NCBI RefSeq assembly: GCF_001194135.2
Contig: NC_068982.1
Span: 128,650,906-128,714,905 of the forward strand
Reading direction: 5' to 3'
Length of the DNA stretch: 64,000 nt
DNA from: Octopus bimaculoides
Lineage: Eukaryota
The notes below the pieces were generated by a model, which ran no database searches, had not been told where the DNA came from, and saw only the letters and a list, made by a program, of their open reading frames with translations. Position 1 is the stretch's first letter; the number at the start of each line of letters is the position of its first letter. Positions 54,401-63,400 of the stretch are shown piece by piece. The translations under genes were made by a program, and so were the position numbers.

Positions 54401-57400
54401 AGTTGGTATGTTCTCTTGATAAAGGTTTTTTAAAGCTGAAATACCATGATATTAGGGATAAGTGTAAACCTTCATTTTTACTTTCATTGTTTTATTTCAA
54501 ACTTGTATTGTTGCAATTTTTAAAAATTTTGTTGAATATATATCAGAATGCTTCATATAAACCATTCAACTTAAATACTTGTTACTTTTATTAAGAGAAA
54601 TTCTGATATAAATATATTGAATTAACTTGGCATATTTAAGATATTCAATTAAAATATTTAATACTTTAATTTCATCTCCCTATACTTTCTGTACAATTAA
54701 CTGTATAGAGAAATTTATCAGTTAAACAGGCATGAAAGCGATTAGTCAGTAAATAAACTTACATAGTCCTTTCTTAGTTGTTACACCCTCAGAAATCTCA
54801 GTAGTTTCACCTTTTCCAATCTTGTTTTCAGCAGTTACTGAGAAGTAGTATGTCATATCTTCATCAAGATTAATAGCTTTACAATACAAATCATAAGAAT
54901 CAACTGCATCTAATTTGGTCCAATTTCCTGGTTTAAATGGAGATATTGCAATATGGTATTTAGTGATTGGTGTGCCACCATCAGATTTTGGTTCCTTCCA
55001 TTCAAGTTCAACAAAGTTCTCACCAACACGAGTTGCATGAAGATTGACGGGAGCTCCAGGGACAACTATAAAATAGATTGGAATAAATTTGTCATTAGTA
55101 CAAGTATGAAAAACAAATCTTTAAAAAAATTTATGATAATAACCAATACATAAATTCAGTAATAATAAATATAATATATTCTTTATTTTACATCTTACAT
55201 AGTATGTTCATTAATAAAATTTCTAACACACTGAAATAACCATATTTTTATGAACATACCCAAATGTCTCATTGGTTTGACAACATCCGATTCCAGAGGA
55301 TGGCTCTGGCCTTCAGCATTCACAGCGATAACTCTGAAGAAATATTCTGTGCCTTCCATCAAATTACTGCATGTATATGTTGTTTGTCTTGGGTCTACTA
55401 CTGCTGCCTTTGACCATGTCGTCCTGGAAGCAGTTCTATATTCTATCAAATATCCTGTTATAGGTGTTCCACCATCCTTTTCAGATTGTTTCCATTCAAG
55501 ATCAGCTGAATTGTAGGTGACATTTGACACAGCAAGTGGCCCAACTGGGGCAGATGGTAAATCTGAAATATTAAAAGAATATATCAAGTATAAATATTAT
55601 TTGAAAAACAAATTAATATCTTATTATACATATATATTTATATGCAATATGTATCCACATGTACAGGTGTGTGTGTGTGTGTGTGTTAAGGTTGTGATAA
55701 ACTATAAGTTGCCCTACAGACACTCAGTTCTGGGTGACCAGTTCCACACAGTCAAAACAACTGCAAACTAGTGAAGGTAATTGTTCTTTTCTCATTCATT
55801 TGTATAAAGTTAATATTTATAAAAATAATTAGTAAAACAATAGCTTAGTTGTGTAACTTAGATAAAGGTGATTTAATATTTCATAATATATTGTTTTCAA
55901 CTTTAGTTAGTAAAGAAATGACAGCAATTTTTAAAGCTGGAAGTTGAATAGAATATCTTAATTTTTACTGAATGAATGATTACTATACTGGGATAACGTC
56001 AATTAACTTTCTTCATATATATCAATATATATATATGTTGCTTTCTTTTTCTCACATAAGAACTATGATAAGAATTAGGTTTGTCCTAATATCAATGTGA
56101 TATTAGGACAAGATGATAAAAATTAGGTTTGTCCCAATATCAATGTTTTTTACAGCTAGTTTAGATTCTGAAATACATTTGTTTCTTCATAGTAATGGTA
56201 GTGCAAAAGAAAAGCTGAGTTTTAAGAGAGAATAAGCAAAAATATCAATGTAAAGACAACTATGTGGGACAGCTAAAGAGTTTAACATTTTCAGGATATG
56301 ATTAAAATATTAATCACCAGCACAATTCATAAAGACTGAAGATTCATTGAAATATGTCATAATACAGTTGTCACTCTCAGAAATATAGAGACATGGAGAT
56401 TGCTAGCTCAGAGTATGCTAAAAGATAAACTATTCTTTTGAAGATAAGCAAATTAAACTATGGAATATAATATAAAAAAAAGGAAAAAGAAACTTACCAA
56501 ATGGACTACGAGCTAAAGTAGCTCCATCAGTCTCAAGAGGTGAACTCTGTCCAATCTTGTTGACTGCAATAACTCTGAAGAGATATTCATTCTTCTCATA
56601 AAGGCCTTTGACACACATTTCATATGTTGAAGCATCCACTTGATCTACCCTACTCCATATATGGGCTTTAGTATGCTTCTTCTCAACATTGTAAGCAATA
56701 ATTGGTGAACCACCATCATCCTTTGGTGCCTTCCATTTAATACTGATGCTAGTACGTTGGACATCAGTAATGTCAAGAGGACCAGTAGGACATGAAGGTA
56801 CAGCTAAAAAGAACAAGGTAAAAACAATATTTTTAAATTGTTAAAAAATTAGAATTATGAAAATATTTAATTCTTTAAATTCTTATATATCTTCAGTTAT
56901 TTTCATAAATATTTTTATCTATTTCAAATCAATATTTTATGGAATATATCTGTAAATAGGTGTCATTTGAGATACTTACTTGCTTCTCTTGCTGGAACAA
57001 CAGCTTCAGGAAGTTCAGCAGACTTTCCAGGTCCAACTTTGTTTTCTGCATTAACTGAGAAGTAATATTCAGTACCCTCAGTTAAGTCAGGTACACGGTA
57101 AGCTGTTTCCCTACCATCTATTGTCATCAGTTTGACCCAATCAGATTTCGTATCTTTCCTCGTTTTAATAATATATTTGAGAATAGCTGAACCACCGTCA
57201 TCTTTAGGATGTCTCCATTGAAGATTGACATAGTCCCTGCCAATTCTTGAAGCCATAAAAGCAATAGGAATTCCAGGAGGCACTATGAAGGAAAAAATGG
57301 AAGACATCAAAATTTAGCTTATCCAGAACATGTAAGGCATGAAAACCACTCATAATATTTGAAAACATAATCCACAATATGCAAAAATACAGAGATATTT

Positions 57401-60400
57401 CACTTACTTTTCTCTCTGGAAGGTATCGTAGATTCTGATGTCTCCAAGGGTGGACTTTCTCCTTCCTCATTGACAGCAATCACACGGAAGTAATATTCTG
57501 TACCCTCGACTAAACCTGTAACTCTGGCAACAGTAGATTTGGCATCAACTTCTTCTGCTTTGTTCCAAGACATGCGTGCAGCAGATCTTACTTCAACAAT
57601 ATATTTAGTGATTGGAGTGCCTCCATCACTGTCAGGAGCTCTCCATTCAAGATCAACATAGTCATAAGAGACCTTGGTAACTTCAAGGGGCCCTTTAGGA
57701 CGAGATGGTACACCTAAAAACAAATAAAGAAAGATATTAAGAGTTGTTTTGAAATTTTATTCAAAAATATGAATCTGCAATACAACAACATTCATTTTTC
57801 CAATATTACAAATATTGAGGTGTTCAATAAAAAAAAAAATCATTTTAACAGCCCGTCTCAGTCTTTTACCCTATGCATGTATCATTTGGTAAATTATATT
57901 AAATAATCAGTAAAAATTAATATTTTTATCAATAAAAAGAAACTGATTTATAGTCATAATTTCTTCTGATTATATACTCATTTCTAAACAAGAACCATAC
58001 AATAACAGGAAGCTAACAAAGAAAACAAAACTAAAGAATATATAAAAAATGATTATCAATGAGAAGCAAAATATATGACTTACTGAATGAGCTCTTAGCC
58101 ATTGTTGAAGCATCAGTCTGTAAGGGATCACTGTGACCAATTTTATTGATTGCTGTAACTCTGAAGTCATATTCACAGTTCTGTCTCAGATCTTCAACAC
58201 GGTAGTTGGTCACTGAGGGTGCTACCTTAGCCACATTGTTCCAGTATTGTCTATTAGCTTCTTTCTTCTCAATAATGTAACCAGTGAGAGGACTACCTCC
58301 ATCATCTTCTGGAGCTTTCCAGGAAATGGAAATAGATGTTTTCTCAATATCATAGGTTTTCAGAGGACCAATTGGTTTCGATGGTTTTTCTAAAAATACA
58401 AAACAGTACACAATGATAGAATAATGTCTCTCAAGTTTTACTCACATCAAATACCAAGAAAGTTTAAGATCTATAGACAAAAATTACAGAGATATCAAAT
58501 ATCTTACCAAGAGATNNNNNNNNNNNNNNNNNNNNNNNNNNNNNNNNNNNNNNNNNNNNNNNNNNNNNNNNNNNNNNNNNNNNNNNNNNNNNNNNNNNNN
58601 NNNNNNNNNNNNNNNNNNNNNNNNNNNNNNNNNNNNNNNNNNNNNNNNNNNNNNNNNNNNNNNNNNNNNNNNNNNNNNNNNNNNNNNNNNNNNNNNNNNN
58701 NNNNNNNNNNNNNNNNNNNNNNNNNNNNNNNNNNNNNNNNNNNNNNNNNNNNNNNNNNNNNNNNNNNNNNNNNNNNNNNNNNNNNNNNNNNNNNNNNNNN
58801 NNNNNNNNNNNNNNNNNNNNNNNNNNNNNNNNNNNNNNNNNNNNNNNNNNNNNNNNNNNNNNNNNNNNNNNNNNNNNNNNNNNNNNNNNNNNNNNNNNNN
58901 NNNNNNNNNNNNNNNNNNNNNNNNNNNNNNNNNNNNNNNNNNNNNNNNNNNNNNNNNNNNNNNNNNNNNNNNNNNNNNNNNNNNNNNNNNNNNNNNNNNN
59001 NNNNNNNNNNNNNNNNNNNNNNNNNNNNNNNNNNNNNNNNNNNNNNNNNNNNNNNNNNNNNNNNNNNNNNTGAAAATCTGAACACAAAATTCTAATGAGA
59101 AATAGATTATTACTCACCAATCTTCCTCACTGGTTTTGTGACATCAGTAGATTCAAGTGGTTTACTTTGTCCTTCAGCATTAACAGCAAAGACACGGAAA
59201 TGGTAACTTGTGTCTTCTGTAAGATTTGGTACTGTAAATGTGGTAGTTTTCTCATTAACAGTGCCTGCTTTAGTCCAGAAGGTTCTGGAATCTACTCTGT
59301 GTTCAATAATGTATCCAGTTATTGGTGTACCACCATCATTGGCAGATGGTTTCCAGCTCAAGTCAGCAGAATTATTGGTGACATTTGTGATCTCCAATGG
59401 ACCAACTGGTGCAGATGGCACATCTAAGAAATAAATAGAAAATATATATAATATAACACTCAGTATATTGCTGTTATTGATAAATATCAATCAAAATTCA
59501 GTTGGCTCATTATTTTGCCTTTTCAATGAAAATACTTTTGTTATTTCAATTATTTTAATGTAACATTTTGTTTTACTATTAAAAGAAAATTTCAAGAAAT
59601 ACATTCAATATACAATAACTAAACTTACCAAATGGACTTCTGGCCATTGTAGCATCCCTAGTTTCCAAAGGTTCACTCTCTCCAATTTTGTTTTCAGCAA
59701 TCACTCTGAAGTGATACATGGTTCTTTCTTGGAGATCCCTAACACAATAATCTGTGATGTCAGCACGAACTTTCTCAACCTTTGACCAATATCGAGCAGA
59801 CTCGGGACGTTTTTCTATGATGTATCCAATAATTGGAGAACCACCATCATCAGATGGTGCTTTCCATTTGATGCTGATAGATTTACGCTGGACATCGGTA
59901 ACAGTAAGAGGACCAATTGGTTTGGATGGAATCACTGAAAATAAATTTATAATTTATATAAACATCTTTCTTTTAACACTTCTGTCTACTTTTAACCAGA
60001 GTATAATTTCAAATATACATGATATTCTAATTTCAAGTATAAGTTTATTTTTCTGCAAATATTCAAGTGAAAATACTTACAAAGTCCCTTCTTTGTAGTG
60101 ACTGGTTTCGATGTTTCAGTAGCTTCACCTTTTCCAAGTTTGTTTTCAGCACATACAGAGAAATAGTAGTCCATATCTTCTTCAAGTCTAGTGGCTTTAC
60201 AGAATGTATCATAAGCTCCGACAGTTGCCAGTTTAGTCCAGTTTCCTAATGTTTGTGGAGATATTTCAACATGGTATTTAGTAATTGGTGTTCCTCCATC
60301 TGATTTTGGTTGATTCCACTCAAGTTCAACAAAGTCTTCACCAACTCTGCTAGCTCGGACATTGACAGGTGGTCCTGGTAGAGCTAGAAATGAAATAATA

Positions 60401-63400
60401 CATATAAGTTCCATGCAAGCAAAAGAATAAAAATGATATTGTAGAAACATTTTTTGTTGTGGTATTAAAAATGTGTTTCATACTTTTTACTCTGTACATT
60501 TATGTATGACGAAGTAGATGCAAACTGCCACCATGAAGAGTCTTTGTTCATCTCCGTAATCAATGAGAATATTACAAACTGACAGGTTTTTTTGCAACTT
60601 GCTATGCTGATTTCAAATTCTATTGAAAACAAGGATTCCTTCATCTGTTGATAGATGTAATTAATAATCTGTTCTACTAAAGGCACAAGGCCTGAAATTT
60701 TGGAGGAGGGGACTAGTCAATTACATCAACTTCAGTATTTCACTGGTACTTAGTTCATTGACCCCAAAGGGGTGAAAGGCAAAATAAACCTTGACAGAAT
60801 TTTAACCCAGAACATAAAGACAAACAAAATGCTGTGCTGCATCTTGCCTGGCATGCTAACAATTTTGTCAGCTTGCTGCCTCAGATATTATTAATAATGT
60901 TAAGCAATTGCTACAATAGAGAGAAGTAAATTATCAATAGAAGAAAATACTTTCAAATTTTATGAAGAATACATTGCTTGATAATGAATATATTTAAATA
61001 TTTCATCATTGTTTTAACATTCACATTTTGATGCTTGCATAAGACAGAATTAGTTGAGATATATTTTCTATGGCTAGATGTTCTGCCTTTTGCCAACTCT
61101 CACTTATTTCAAACATAATATTTCCCCATCATTGGATGAGGAGTGTTCAGTTCAAGAATATAACCTCTTTAGTTTAAAGTTGAGATAAATACAAACCATT
61201 TTTAGTAACTTATCCTGATTTGACAGTGTCATGATTGCGTGTATGTTCTTGTGGAGATAAAATGAACTATTGTCACATACAGGACAGGAGGCTCCTGACT
61301 GAGATACCACACAGTGGTACTCGATCTCCAGAAGTAAACTTCTTAACTGCATAGCCATACCAGTAACTATTCTATGAAATCTATATTATTTAAATACAAT
61401 TTAGTATATGTGTGTGTGGGGGGGTGTATGTACTTAAAATAAAATCATGAGAAAAATAGTGAATATTTTAAAGTTATTCTGAATCACTAATACAAATCGT
61501 GTATAACTTTTATCGTGTATATTATCAATATTTAAATATTGTTTCCATGATAGCAATATAAAACAAAGTGTATACACAACATTGTGAAATTTTACAAAAG
61601 AAGATATGTTACTGATTAAAAACACTAAAATCCTTATCAAATAAAACTTACTGAGATCTCATCTCACATTCGTTTTGTAATAAGTACAATTTTAATGAAT
61701 GAATCATCAACTATGTATAATTTAAATCCTTACCCAAATCCCTCATTGGTTTTGTAACATCAGTTGATTCCAGAGGATGGCTGTATCCTTCAGCATTGAC
61801 AGCAATAATTCTGAAGTAATATTCTGTTCCTTCCATCAAATTGCTGCATGTATATGTTGTCTGTTTTGGGTCCACTGTTGCTGCCTTTGACCATGTGGTT
61901 CTGGTAGCTGTTCTGTATTCTACCAAATATCCTGTAATGGAAGTTCCACCATCATTTTCAGATGGTTTCCATTCAAGATCAGCTGAGTTGTAGGTGACAT
62001 TTGAGATAACCAGTGGGCCAACAGGTGGAGATGGCACATCTGAAAATAGACAAATGAAAATAGGAGAAATAAAATATATGAAAAGTGATAAGCGTTACTT
62101 TAGATTAAAATGGAGAATAAGCTGAATAGTATACAATTATGTGAAATGTCAATTCATTGGTTTATTTTGTTTTTGCTTACTAAATTTTTTTAACATACCT
62201 ATACAGTATGATGAAAGTTATAAATAGAGTGAAGAACCTATTACTTTCAAAGTTTTTATAAGTTCATTGTAATGAGGCAAAAGAGAAGATGAAAATTGAA
62301 AAAGATCACTTATATTGGCCATATTTAGAACAATATTCTTATTGTCAAAGCAGATTTAATAGAATTTAAGGTAAATGTTATTTTAATCAGCAAAATGTGT
62401 TTTGGGGAAAAAAATGTATAATTCATTATAATGAAATGCAAGTGGAATATAATTTGTTTGAAATAAATTTATATTTGCTGTTCACTACTCTAAAATACTC
62501 TTATACTTTTTTTTTAAAGCTGTCATGTTTCAATTACTCCTATTTTACCATGCTTTAAAATAGCTTAGCCTCAATTTGAACTTCATATTTAAGCAATACC
62601 TTTTCCTTCTTTCTCATGAAAAAGGAAAATGAAACTAAAAGTAATGCCAAAACTGATCTATCCTTTAATATATCAATTTAATAAAATTGATATATTAAAG
62701 GAGAGAGAGGAATGTTCAGTCCAAGAATATAATCTCTTTAGTTCAAAGTTTGTGTAAATATAAATCATCTTCAGTAACTTATCCTAATTTGATAGTGCCA
62801 TATTTGTATGTATGTTCTTGTGGAGATAAAATGAGCTATCTTGAGATAATGTGATCAGATGTCCCTTGGTATTTCTGCTCAATTTCTGTTAACTACATCT
62901 TACATAGTCTGATAAGATTTCAGGTAGTCTCTTATGGTTAAATTATTTTAATCTATACTTGACTTCAATTCACATTTAATTCAACATTGCTGAAATTTTA
63001 CCAGAGTGTTTAATCCACCAAACATATTTATCTTATTTTCAAGTTTTTTATGCTGTGTATTTTCAATGCTTTTTTGGTTGTGTGCTCTTCTTATCCTCCA
63101 CTGTTCAATATTTTCAATTTATCCATTGTATTTAATTGCTTTCTTATCTGTTCTCTTTTGGTAACATCAGAGCCTATTTTCTATGTTAAGGGTGCTTTCC
63201 TACATTAATTCTATCTACATCAGATTTTCAGTAACATATTCTGAATCCTCTCATAAGTTCCTTATTTTCATGTTCCTCTTTCTTATTTATAATTCAATAC
63301 AATGATACAGTAGCAAATTTATGGGACAACTAGCATGGTTACATTAATTATTTTGCATGCCCTATTTCAATTTCTGAGTATTGCTGAATAGTGGAAGCTA

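Noticed and set aside
58424-59120. Long ORFs across the N-gap
   Set aside because: Artefacts of N translation.
62900-63300. Possible LINE relic on the minus strand
   Set aside because: A-rich with short open stretches but no recognisable endonuclease or RT motif.
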